Of a stretch of 32,000 nucleotides of DNA, positions 13,650 to 21,481 are shown piece by piece; position 1 is the stretch's first letter; every line of letters starts with the position of its first letter. A program made the translations under genes and the position numbers. The DNA is from Micrococcus luteus NCTC 2665 (GTDB lineage: Bacteria > Actinomycetota > Actinomycetes > Actinomycetales > Micrococcaceae), in NCBI RefSeq assembly GCF_000023205.1, contig NC_012803.1:270001-302000 (forward strand), given 5' to 3'. A model generated the notes under the pieces. That model was not told the origin of the DNA, searched no databases, and saw only the letters and a list, made by a program, of their open reading frames with translations.

Positions 13650-14902
13650 GCACCGCCGTCGCGACCTCGATCCATGACCGCCGCCCGCCGCAGCCGCAGC
13701 CGGGGGGACGCCTCGGCGCGGCCCAGGCCGTGGCCACCGTGGTGGGGATGGAACTGCGTCAGCGGCTGCGCTCGCGCGGCTGGTACGTGCTGTTGGGCGT
13801 CTTCTTCGTGGTGGTGGGGGCGGTGACCCTCGGCGCCCTCGGGTTGCGCGGCCTGGGCGTGGCGGAGATGGAGGCGTCCGGCCTGGAGCCGGAGCTGGCA
13901 GAGCAGCAGATGCGCGCCCTGGGGCGGACGCTCTTCGACGGCGTCCTGCTCTTCGTCCTCACCCTCTCGCTGCTGGTCTCGCCCGCCCTGGCGGCCAACG
14001 CGATCTCGGGCGACCGTGCCGGCGGCACCCTGGCCATCACCCAGGTCACCCTGCTGCGGACCGGGCAGCTGATGGCGGGCAAGTGGCTGGCCGCGTGGAT
14101 CGCCTCCGCCGCGTTCCTCGCGGCCGCGCTGCCGTGGCTCGCGGTCGCAGCCGTGGTGGGGCGCGTGTCCCCGTGGGCCGTGCTGGTGGGGCTCGTGATG
14201 ATCCTCGTGGAGTTCGGCATGATCGCGGGGATCGGCGTGGCCGTCTCGGCGATCGCCGGGCGCACGCTGTTCGCCGTCGTGGTGACGTACCTGATCGTGG
14301 CGGCGCTGACGATCGGCACCCTGGTGGCCTTCGGGCTGTCCCTGCAGTTCCTGCAGACCGAGGTGCGGGCCAACGACGCCGAGTACGGCTCCATGACGGC
14401 GGAGCCGTTCACCGAGGCGGAGCTCGAGAAGATGACCCCGGAGGAGGCGGAGCAGGCCTGGGCCGAGTGGGAGGCGGCGAACCCGGAGCTGTTCGACGGG
14501 ATCGCCGACCGGTGCGTCGGCCCGGTGACCGCCCGGACGATCCCCGACCCGCGGCGGAGCGGATGGCTGCTCGCGGCGAACCCCTACGCCGTCCTCGCGG
14601 ATGCCTCCCCCTGGGAGGCAGGGCTCCTCGCGGACGGGACCCGGGTGGATCCCGGGCCGCTCAACCTGCTGTCCGTGGGGCTGCGCTGGACCCAGCGTGA
14701 CCCCGTCCGGGACGTCGAGTGCCTCGACGGCGAGCTGCGCGGTCTCGACCAGAGCGGCGTGCCGGACCGGCAGGGCACCTGGCCGGTGTGGCCGCTCGGC
14801 CTGGCGATGCAGGGTGTGCTGGTGGCCGGGCTGGGCTGGTGGGGCCACCGTCGCCTGGACACCCCGGCCGGGCGGCTGCCCGCCGGCACGCGCGTGGCCT
14901 GA
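13646..14902 (+). CDS. ABC-2-type transporter permease with large extracytoplasmic loop
   Basis: GTG start overlaps the ATPase stop (GTGA). About six hydrophobic helices. A soluble segment of ~150-165 aa lies between the fifth helix and the last one (WPVWPLGLAMQGVLVAGLGWWG). Confidence 0.75.
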   Translation: MSTAVATSIHDRRPPQPQPGGRLGAAQAVATVVGMELRQRLRSRGWYVLLGVFFVVVGAVTLGALGLRGLGVAEMEASGLEPELAEQQMRALGRTLFDGVLLFVLTLSLLVSPALAANAISGDRAGGTLAITQVTLLRTGQLMAGKWLAAWIASAAFLAAALPWLAVAAVVGRVSPWAVLVGLVMILVEFGMIAGIGVAVSAIAGRTLFAVVVTYLIVAALTIGTLVAFGLSLQFLQTEVRANDAEYGSMTAEPFTEAELEKMTPEEAEQAWAEWEAANPELFDGIADRCVGPVTARTIPDPRRSGWLLAANPYAVLADASPWEAGLLADGTRVDPGPLNLLSVGLRWTQRDPVRDVECLDGELRGLDQSGVPDRQGTWPVWPLGLAMQGVLVAGLGWWGHRRLDTPAGRLPAGTRVA

Positions 14903-14906
14903 GCCG

Positions 14907-14941
14907 GGCCGGCGTCGGGCAGGACCTGTTCGACGCCGGCC
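14907..14941. terminator. hairpin between convergent permease and recR genes
   Basis: 11-bp arms GGCCGGCGTCG (14907-14917) / CGACGCCGGCC (14931-14941), 13-nt loop. Confidence 0.5.
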
Positions 14942-14945
14942 GGTG

Positions 14946-15545
14946 TCAGCCGCTGATCAGGCGGCGTCCCTCGAAGGCACGGCCGAGGGTGACCTCGTCC
15001 GCGTACTCGAGGTCCCCGCCGACGGGCAGACCGGAGGCCAGGCGCGTGACGCGGATGCCCGTGGCGCCGAGGAGCCGGCCGAGGTAGGTGGCCGTGGCCT
15101 CGCCCTCGAGGTTGGGATCCGTGGCGAGGATGACCTCCTGCACGGCCTCGTCCTGCAGCCGGGTGAGCAGCTCGCGGACGTGCAGCTGCTCGGGGCCGAT
15201 GCCGGCGATCGGATTGATGGCCCCGCCGAGCACGTGGTACCGGCCCTGGAAGGCGCGGGTGCGCTCCATGGCCATGACGTCCTGCGACTCCTCGACCACG
15301 CAGATCTGGGAGCGGTCCCGGCGTTCATCCCGGCAGAGCGAGCACACCTCGTCCTCGGAGACGTTGAAGCAGACCGAGCACAGCCGCACCCTGTCCTTGA
15401 CCGTGCGGATGGCGTCCGCGAGCCGCAGCATGTCCTCCCGGTCCGCCTCCAGCATGTGGAAGGCGATGCGCTGGGCGGACTTCGGGCCGATGCCCGGCAG
15501 GCGGCCGAGTTCGTCGATCAGGTCCTGCACCGCGCCCTGGTACAT
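14946..15545 (-). CDS. recR: recombination protein RecR
   Basis: [32 protein letters not shown], a Cys4 zinc motif [16 protein letters not shown], and a Toprim region [14 protein letters not shown]...[16 protein letters not shown] before ATG 15545. Confidence 0.95.
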   Translation of the reverse strand: MYQGAVQDLIDELGRLPGIGPKSAQRIAFHMLEADREDMLRLADAIRTVKDRVRLCSVCFNVSEDEVCSLCRDERRDRSQICVVEESQDVMAMERTRAFQGRYHVLGGAINPIAGIGPEQLHVRELLTRLQDEAVQEVILATDPNLEGEATATYLGRLLGATGIRVTRLASGLPVGGDLEYADEVTLGRAFEGRRLISG

Positions 15546-15588
15546 CCGTCTCCCTCGTCCGATGGTGCGTCTCATGGGGCGTGCGCCC

Positions 15589-15619
15589 GGACGCGGCGCC
15601 GTGGTCCGGCGCCGCGTCC
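15589..15619 (-). other. intercistronic GC-rich hairpin between dnaX and recR
   Basis: 13-bp perfect arms GGACGCGGCGCCG (15589-15601) / CGGCGCCGCGTCC (15607-15619), 5-nt loop. It lies in the 115-nt dnaX-recR gap. Confidence 0.6.
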
Positions 15620-15660
15620 ATCATGCCCGCGGCCCCGGACGGCGTACGGGCGCGTTCGCC

Positions 15661-18600
15661 TCAGGCGTCGTTCGGGCGTTCCTCGAGCAGACGGCCGCCG
15701 AGCACCCGTTCGACGACGGCCCGGCCCACGAGGCCCGAGTCCTCGAGCGGGACGTCGTCGTCGCTGGCGACCTCGTCCTCCCACCCCACACCGGACGTCG
15801 CCGGGGCGGCGGGGCCGGTGTCGGCGGGCCGGGCCGGGCCGCGACCCTGGGCGGCCTCACGGGCGGCGCGGATGGCCGCGGCCCGCGCGTCCAACGACGG
15901 CGGCGCCGAGGCTCCCCCGGCGGGCTCGGCGTCGGCGGGGCGCGCCCCGAGCGAGGCCGCGCTCGGTCGGCCCCCGGCGGGGGAGCCCGGCGTGGCGTCC
16001 GGGCCGGAGCCGCCGGGAGCGCCGGGGCCGCCGCCCGTGCCGCCGCTCGAGCCCGCGTTCACCGGAGGCTCGAGGGGCCCACCGGCCCGCAGCCGCTCCA
16101 TGAGCCGCGGGTACATGCTCGCCGGATGGCCCGAGCCCGGGAAGTCCGAACCGGTCGGTCCGGCAGCCGTGCGCGGCGCGGCGTCCGCGTCGTCGGTGGG
16201 CACGCCCGGGTCAGGGGTCGCGTCGGCCGTGGGTGCACCCGTGGGGCGCCGCTGCTCGTCCGAGGACGGGCCGGCGCCCGAGGCGGCCGGGTGGGGATCG
16301 CGTCGCTCCGTGGCCGCTGCGTCGTCGTCCGGGGCGGGCGACGGCGTGGCAGGCCGGGCGGAGTCACCGTCCGCGGCCGCGCCCGCGCCGTCGTCGAAGC
16401 CGGCGGGACGGGTCGCGCCGAAGCGCTTCGCGAACTCCGCGCGCAGCTCCGCCTCCGGACGGGCGAACACGGGGATCGAGTGCTCCTCCTCGCGGACCAG
16501 CGGCCCCGGGTCGTAGGCCCGACGGACCTCCTCGGCGCTCGGCTCGCTCTCGCCGGGGGCCGGGGCGTCGGGCCGGACCGGGGGGCCCTGGCCGGCGTCC
16601 GGCGCGGCGCCGCCGGACGCCGGTGCGGCCTGCGGCGGCGCGCCCCAGTCCTCGACCGACGGCACGGGACCGTCCCAGCCGGCGGCGCCGACGGGCCGCT
16701 CCTCGGCGTCGCGGGCCGGCGGGGTCCAGCCCTCGGGGCCGTCCGAGTCGTCCTGCTCCGCGTCCGGGTCGAACGCGGGCAGCGAGTCCCACGGGTCCTC
16801 CTCGGGCGGGGGAGCGTCGTCCCAGGCGGGCGGCTCCTCGTCCGGGCCGCCCCAGCCGTCCGCCGGCGGGGCGGGGGCGGGCGTCGTCGACGACGTCGGC
16901 GTCGGCCCCCAGGAGGTGGCGGGGGCCTCGGGCGTCCAGGCGGGGGACGGCTGCGGCGTCTGACGCTGCTGCGCGGTCCGGGGCGAAGCCGCCGGCGGCG
17001 CCGGGTCGTCCTCCGCGGTGGAGGGTGCGGCGGAGCGTGGCGGGGCAGGGCGGGAGGACTCCGGCTCGCGCGGGGCCTGCCCCGGTACCGGAGCGGGCCG
17101 GTTCGGCTGCGCCGCCGGTCGGTCGGGCCGGCTCTGCTGCGAGGCCGGACGCTCAGGCCGGTCCGTCCGTGCCGGGCCGGCCGGGCGAGTGCCGGACTGT
17201 GCGCGGGCGTCCCCGGTCGGCGCGTCCCCACCGAGGATCAGATCGAGCCGCGGGCGGATGCCGAGCACCTGGTGGACGGCCTCGCCGAGCACGCGGTCGC
17301 CACCCCGGCCGAGCAGCGACTGGCGGGGCCCGTCCTGCTGGAAGCCGATCGTCAGCAACGAACCGTCGTAGCCCGCGACGCTCGCGTTGTCCTTCACCAG
17401 CATCCACACCAGGCGTGAGGCGTCCTCGAGGGCCGCGAGGATGTCCGGCCAGGCCCGGCGGATCATCTCCACCTGGCTCGCCGCCGGGGCGGGCGTGGGG
17501 CTCGACGGCGCGGCCGTCTCCTCCGGCCCGTGGGCGGGGGCCGGCGCGGCACCGGTGCTGTCCTGGGCCTGGGGCCGGCCCTCGGGCTCGGGGCGGCCCT
17601 CAGGCTCGGGGCGGTTCCCGGCCTCCGGGCGGCGCACGTCCTCGGAACGGGCCCCGACCTCAGCCGGTTCGGGCCGCCCGGGCTGCGGCGCCTGCTGCGG
17701 ACGCTCGGACCCGGTGGCCCCGGCGGCCGCGTCCCCCTCCGGCGCCTCTGCCACGGACTGCGGGGCAGGCGGCGTCCAGCGCTCCGGCGGGGCGGTGGAC
17801 GCCGTCGGCGCGGACTCCTCCGGCCGCCGCATGGCGGCCCGGGCGAGCGCGGCGCCGGTCAGAGGGCCGGAGCCCTCCGCGTTCCCGGCCGATCCGCCGC
17901 CGTCCGCGGCGGGCGTGCCGGACCGGGTCGGCGTCGTCGTGCCCTCCGGGGCGCCGTCCTCGACGGGCGCGGCGCCACCGAGCTCGAGGCGCCGTTCGAG
18001 GGCCTCGAGGCGGGCGGCCAGGCCGCGGTGCGTCTCGTCCGAGGCGGGCAGCAGCAGGCGCGCCATGAGCAGCTCGAGGTGCAGGCGGGGACTGGTGGCC
18101 CCCACCATGTCCGTCAGCGCCAGGTTGGTGATGTCTGCGAGGCGGGAGAGCTCCGCGCGGGAGAGCTGCGCGGCCTGCGCCGAGAGACGCCGCACCTGGT
18201 CCTCCGGCATGCCGTGCAGGATCGCCCCGGCCTCCTCCGGCAGGGCACGGGCGATCACGAGGTCGCGGAAGCGATCCAGCAGGTCCTCGACGAAGCGGCG
18301 CGGGTCCTGGCCGGACTGCACCACACGGTCCACCACGCGGAACACGGTGGGGGTGTCGTCCGCGGCGACGGCGTCGATCACGTCGTCCAGCAGGGCCTCC
18401 GGGGTGAAGCCGAGCAGGCTCACCGCGAGCTCGTACGAGACCTGGCCCTCCTGGGCGCCCGCGATCAGCTGGTCCAGCACGGAGAGCGTGTCACGCACCG
18501 AGCCCGTGCCGGCGCGCACCACGAGCGGCAGCACGCCCTTCTCCACGGACACGGCCTCCTCCGCGCACAGCTGCTCGAGGTAGGCGATGAGCGGCTCCGG

Positions 18601-19140
18601 CGGCACGAGCCGGAACGGGTAGTGGTGGGTGCGGGAGCGGATGGTCCCGATGACCTTATCCGGCTCCGTGGTGGCGAAGATGAACTTCAGATGCTCCGGC
18701 GGCTCCTCCACGATCTTGAGCAGCGCGTTGAAGCCCGCCGCGGTGACCATGTGCGCCTCGTCGATGATGAGGATCTTGTAGCGGTCCCGGACCGGGGCGA
18801 ACGTGGCCCGTTCGCGCAGGCCGCGGGCGTCCTCCACACCGCCGTGCGAGGCCGCGTCGATCTCCAGCACGTCCAGCGAGCCCGGCCCGCCGGTGGCCAG
18901 GTCCCGGCACGAGTCGCACTCGCCGCACGGCGTGGGCGTGGGGCCCTGGGCGCAGTTCAGGCAGCGCGCGAGGATGCGGGCGGACGTGGTCTTGCCGCAG
19001 CCGCGCGGGCCGGAGAAGAGGTAGGCGTGGTTCACGCGGTCCTTCGCCAGTGCGGTGCGCAGCGGGACCGTGACATGGTCCTGCCCGATCACGTCCTCGA
19101 AACGGTCCGGGCGGTAGCGGCGATACAGGGCGGTGCTCAC
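15661..19140 (-). CDS. dnaX: DNA polymerase III subunit gamma/tau (1159 aa, with two long Pro/Ala-rich low-complexity regions)
   Basis: MSTALYRRYRPDRFEDVIGQDHV, Walker A GPRGCGKTT, Zn module CLNCAQGPTPTPCGECDSC, Walker B IIDEAHM, SRC-type sensor IRSRTHHY. Conserved mid-domain IRRAWPDILAAL...LDLILGG and a short conserved C-terminal tail. Confidence 0.95.
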   Translation of the reverse strand: MSTALYRRYRPDRFEDVIGQDHVTVPLRTALAKDRVNHAYLFSGPRGCGKTTSARILARCLNCAQGPTPTPCGECDSCRDLATGGPGSLDVLEIDAASHGGVEDARGLRERATFAPVRDRYKILIIDEAHMVTAAGFNALLKIVEEPPEHLKFIFATTEPDKVIGTIRSRTHHYPFRLVPPEPLIAYLEQLCAEEAVSVEKGVLPLVVRAGTGSVRDTLSVLDQLIAGAQEGQVSYELAVSLLGFTPEALLDDVIDAVAADDTPTVFRVVDRVVQSGQDPRRFVEDLLDRFRDLVIARALPEEAGAILHGMPEDQVRRLSAQAAQLSRAELSRLADITNLALTDMVGATSPRLHLELLMARLLLPASDETHRGLAARLEALERRLELGGAAPVEDGAPEGTTTPTRSGTPAADGGGSAGNAEGSGPLTGAALARAAMRRPEESAPTASTAPPERWTPPAPQSVAEAPEGDAAAGATGSERPQQAPQPGRPEPAEVGARSEDVRRPEAGNRPEPEGRPEPEGRPQAQDSTGAAPAPAHGPEETAAPSSPTPAPAASQVEMIRRAWPDILAALEDASRLVWMLVKDNASVAGYDGSLLTIGFQQDGPRQSLLGRGGDRVLGEAVHQVLGIRPRLDLILGGDAPTGDARAQSGTRPAGPARTDRPERPASQQSRPDRPAAQPNRPAPVPGQAPREPESSRPAPPRSAAPSTAEDDPAPPAASPRTAQQRQTPQPSPAWTPEAPATSWGPTPTSSTTPAPAPPADGWGGPDEEPPAWDDAPPPEEDPWDSLPAFDPDAEQDDSDGPEGWTPPARDAEERPVGAAGWDGPVPSVEDWGAPPQAAPASGGAAPDAGQGPPVRPDAPAPGESEPSAEEVRRAYDPGPLVREEEHSIPVFARPEAELRAEFAKRFGATRPAGFDDGAGAAADGDSARPATPSPAPDDDAAATERRDPHPAASGAGPSSDEQRRPTGAPTADATPDPGVPTDDADAAPRTAAGPTGSDFPGSGHPASMYPRLMERLRAGGPLEPPVNAGSSGGTGGGPGAPGGSGPDATPGSPAGGRPSAASLGARPADAEPAGGASAPPSLDARAAAIRAAREAAQGRGPARPADTGPAAPATSGVGWEDEVASDDDVPLEDSGLVGRAVVERVLGGRLLEERPNDA
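17577..17612. repeat. 18-nt tandem duplication inside dnaX linker
   Basis: GGCCCTCGGGCTCGGGGC / GGCCCTCAGGCTCGGGGC (17/18) encoding the RPEPEG RPEPEG repeat. Confidence 0.85.
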
Positions 19141-19147
19141 CCTCGAA

Positions 19148-19153
19148 AGCCTA
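19148..19153 (-). promoter_or_regulatory. candidate -10 box TAGGCT 7 nt upstream of dnaX GTG start (leaderless-type)
   Basis: Minus strand reads GATAGGCTttcgaggGTG. The only SD-like GAGG abuts the start codon with no spacing, so a leaderless transcript is a better fit. Confidence 0.35.
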
Positions 19154-19218
19154 TCCGGCGGGCGGACGGGCTAAGGGAGCCGGGGAATGCGCACGCCCGC
19201 CGGCTCGTTCCCTGGCCC

Positions 19219-19884
19219 ATGACCACCATGCACATGCACACCGACGCCGAGGACACGATCCACCCCACGCAGCCGGCCCCGGACTCGGGACCGCTGAGTC
19301 AGGCCGAGATCGACCGCCTCTTCGCGGACCGCCACACGACGCAGCTCTTCTCGGACGAGCCCGTCGACCTCGCGCTGATCGAGCGGGCCTACGCGGACCT
19401 CCGCTGGGCGCCGACCGCCATGAACAACCAGCCGCTGCGGCTCGACGTCGTGGACAGCCCCGAGGCCCGCGCCCGCCTGGCCCCGCTGATGATCGAGTTC
19501 AACCGGGAGAAGACGGAGCGCGCCCCGCTGACGCTGATCGCCTCCTACGACCTCGACTGGCACCGCAACATGGGCCACCTCGCCCCGTTCCGGGAGGGCT
19601 TCGAGGAGGATGCCGAGGGCAAGCCGGGCATGCGCGAGGGGATGGGCCGCACGAACGCGCTCATCCAGGTGGGCTACCTGCTCGTGGCACTGCGCGCGCA
19701 CGGGCTCGAGGTCGGCCCCATGGCCGGGTTCGACGCCGCCGCCGTGGACGCCGAGTTCCATGCGGACCGTGCCTGGAAGTCCCTCCTGGTGATCAACGTG
19801 GGCCACGCCGCCGCGGACGACGAGAAGGCGCGGCAGCCCCGCCAGGGCCGCCTCGACTTCGACCAGGCCGCCCAGGTCCTCTGA
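19219..19884 (+). CDS. nitroreductase-family protein (RutE / malonic semialdehyde reductase-like)
   Basis: C-terminal 221 aa of ORF 17530..19884: LFADRHTTQLFSDEPVDLALIERAYADLRWAPTAMNNQPLRL..., GYLLVALRAHGLEVGPMAGFD. Start taken at the first ATG outside dnaX. In-frame ATGs at 19228 and 19234 are alternatives. No clear SD. Confidence 0.75.
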   Translation: MTTMHMHTDAEDTIHPTQPAPDSGPLSQAEIDRLFADRHTTQLFSDEPVDLALIERAYADLRWAPTAMNNQPLRLDVVDSPEARARLAPLMIEFNREKTERAPLTLIASYDLDWHRNMGHLAPFREGFEEDAEGKPGMREGMGRTNALIQVGYLLVALRAHGLEVGPMAGFDAAAVDAEFHADRAWKSLLVINVGHAAADDEKARQPRQGRLDFDQAAQVL

Positions 19885-19922
19885 CCGGGGCGGGCCTGCG
19901 GCGGGCTGGGGCGCCGGCCCGC

Positions 19923-20909
19923 TCAGAGCCCGGTGAACACCCACGGATCACGCGGCAGCGCGGCCGGGTCGAACGCGGGCACGGCGGCCGCCAGCGGTCC
20001 CGCGGGCAGGCCGAGGGACTCCAGCAGCCGGTCCCGCACCCGCTCGGGGGTCCACGCCGGGTCCTGCGCGGCGAGGTCCTCGAGCGTCACGGCGCCGTCC
20101 CGCTTGGCCAGCCGCCGCCCCTCCGCATTCAGCACGAGCGGCACGTGCAGGTACTCCACCGCGGGCGTCGGCTCCCCGCGTGCTGCGCACAGCGCCTCGG
20201 CCAGCCAGCGCTGACGCGGGGCCGAGTCGAGCAGGTCGTCGCCGCGGACCACCTGGTCCACGCCCTGCGCCAGGTCGTCCACGACGACGGCCAGGTTGTA
20301 CGCGTACGCCTCGTCGTTCCGGCGCAGCACCAGGTCGTCGACCAGGCCCGTGACCTCGCCGTGCAGCACGTCCACGGCGGTGGCGCGCGGGATCTCGCCC
20401 GCCGGCAGGCCCGCGACCTTCGCCGCGTCGATCCGCAGGGCGGCGGGACGCACCCGCCGTCGCTCTGCCCGCTCGGCCTCCGTCAGGCCGCGGCAGGTGC
20501 CCGGATAGAAGCCGGGCGGACGCAGCGGCGCGGTGCCGCCGGAGGCGGGGGCGACGTCGTCGGGCTTCGGGTGCGGGGCCGACGTCGCCTCGGCGATGTC
20601 CTTGCGCGAGCAGAAGCACTCGTAGACCGCGTCCGGGCCGTGCACGGCGCGCAGGGCGGCCACGGCGGCGTCGTACAGGGCGGTGCGCTCGGACTGGCGC
20701 ACCGGCTCGGCGTCCCAGTCCAGCCCGACGGCGGCCAGGTCCGCCCGCTGGTCAGCCTCGGCCCCGGAGCGGACGCGGTCCAGGTCCTCGACCCGCAGCA
20801 GGAAGGCACGGTCCGTGGCGCGCGCCGCGAGCCACGCGACGAGCGCGGTGCGCAGGTTGCCCAGGTGCAGGCTTCCCGTGGGGGAGGGGGCGTAGCGTCC
20901 GGCGGGCAT
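19923..20909 (-). CDS. gluQ: tRNA glutamyl-Q(34) synthetase GluQRS
   Basis: GRYAPSPTGSLHLGNLRTAL (HIGH-type), truncated GluRS catalytic-domain length (~328 aa), YPGTCRGL, AYNLAVVVDD, LAKRDG (KMSKS-like region). AGGAGA SD before ATG 20909. Confidence 0.85.
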   Translation of the reverse strand: MPAGRYAPSPTGSLHLGNLRTALVAWLAARATDRAFLLRVEDLDRVRSGAEADQRADLAAVGLDWDAEPVRQSERTALYDAAVAALRAVHGPDAVYECFCSRKDIAEATSAPHPKPDDVAPASGGTAPLRPPGFYPGTCRGLTEAERAERRRVRPAALRIDAAKVAGLPAGEIPRATAVDVLHGEVTGLVDDLVLRRNDEAYAYNLAVVVDDLAQGVDQVVRGDDLLDSAPRQRWLAEALCAARGEPTPAVEYLHVPLVLNAEGRRLAKRDGAVTLEDLAAQDPAWTPERVRDRLLESLGLPAGPLAAAVPAFDPAALPRDPWVFTGL

Positions 20910-20929
20910 GGGATCTCCTGGGGAAAGTG

Positions 20930-21020
20930 AAGACCCCTCACGCACCTGCCAGAGCCCACCTACCCTTGCTACCTTCCGGTCCTGGGGGAGTTCAGCGAGA
21001 TGACACCACGTGAGGGGCCG
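20930..21020 (-). ncRNA. ffs: signal recognition particle RNA (small/4.5S type)
   Basis: Minus strand reads CCCCUCACGUGGUGUCAUCUCGCUGAACUCCCCCAGGACCGGAAGGUAGCAAGGGUAGGUGGGCUCUGGCAGGUGCGUGAGGGG. It carries the conserved domain-IV CAGG(A/U)CCGGAAGG(U/A)AGCA with GGAA tetraloop. The 5-prime CCCCUCACG pairs with the 3-prime CGUGAGGGG. Ends are approximate. Confidence 0.8.
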
Positions 21021-21177
21021 TCGAAGAGTCTAGCAGGGTGGCGGCGGGCGCGGCGATTCGGGCCGCGGGGAGGCCCGGGCCGAGCTCGCGCCTCCCGCGG
21101 AGGATTGGCGCGGCCCAGGACGATCTGGTTATGATTGAACCTGCCCTCGCGCGGTCCGCCGCATGGGGGCGCACCAA

Positions 21178-21263
21178 GGAGGATTCGCCTAGCGGCCTAT
21201 GGCGCACGCCTGGAACGCGTGTTGGGTTAACAGCCCTCGGGGGTTCAAATCCCCCATCCTCCG
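21178..21263 (+). tRNA. tRNA-Ser (anticodon GGA), class II with long variable arm
   Basis: Acceptor GGAGGAU/AUCCUCC plus discriminator G. Anticodon stem CACGC/GCGUG with loop CUGGAAC. Variable arm UUGGGUUAACAGCCCUC. T-arm GGGGG-UUCAAAU-CCCCC. CCA is not encoded. Confidence 0.95.
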
Positions 21264-21268
21264 CGGGC

Positions 21269-21301
21269 AAGCCCCGGGACCCCAGTGGTTCCGGGGCTTT
21301 T
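21269..21301 (+). terminator. intrinsic terminator after tRNA-Ser
   Basis: AAGCCCCGG (21269-21277) / CCGGGGCTT (21291-21299) stem followed by a T-run (CTTTTC). Confidence 0.7.
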
Positions 21302-21481
21302 CGCATGTCCGGGACCGCTGTCGACCGGGGAGGGCGCGCCCGGACTCCTCATCTGCCGCGCTGGGTGCGAGACGCGGGTCACATTTGCGCGTATCCTTCT
21401 CCCCAGTCGTCCGGGACCGCCGGCGGCCGCCGCTCGGAGCTCGCACCGCACCGGCCATCCCCACCCCGATCTGGAGACCCC

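Noticed and set aside
15088-17418. 776-aa plus-strand ORF and several other long ORFs (15581-16516, 16059-17231, 16233-18068) inside the dnaX region
   Set aside because: All overlap the dnaX low-complexity coding region in antisense or alternate frames. Their translations are Arg/Pro/Gly/Ala homopolymer-like. dnaX has unambiguous motifs in its own frame.
15780-17985. Short tandem repeats in dnaX and elsewhere as CRISPR-like or minisatellite arrays
   Set aside because: There are only two-unit duplications inside coding low-complexity sequence. There is no repeat-spacer architecture and there are no cas genes.
15661-19140. Programmed -1 frameshift site in dnaX (E. coli-type A AAA AAG) producing gamma
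   Set aside because: No A-rich slippery heptamer is visible anywhere in this GC-rich gene. I am not aware of any evidence for frameshifting in actinobacterial dnaX.
17530-19218. 563-aa N-terminal extension of the nitroreductase ORF (784-aa ORF 17530..19884)
   Set aside because: The extension is entirely antisense to dnaX and not protein-like. Recognisable nitroreductase sequence starts only after 19219.
21178-21320. tRNA-Ser as an integration site for a genomic island
   Set aside because: I saw no duplicated tRNA 3-prime segment downstream, no integrase gene, and no compositional shift. The flanking genes look like core metabolism.
21305-21481. Possible glycine riboswitch in the 177-nt leader of the alanine/glycine symporter
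   Set aside because: The context is suggestive and there is a CTGGAGA near the start. I could not find the conserved GGAGAG...CACCGAAGGGGCAA...CUCAGGCAAAAGGAC-type core. The GGAGA is better explained as the SD. A cmsearch with RF00504 would settle it.
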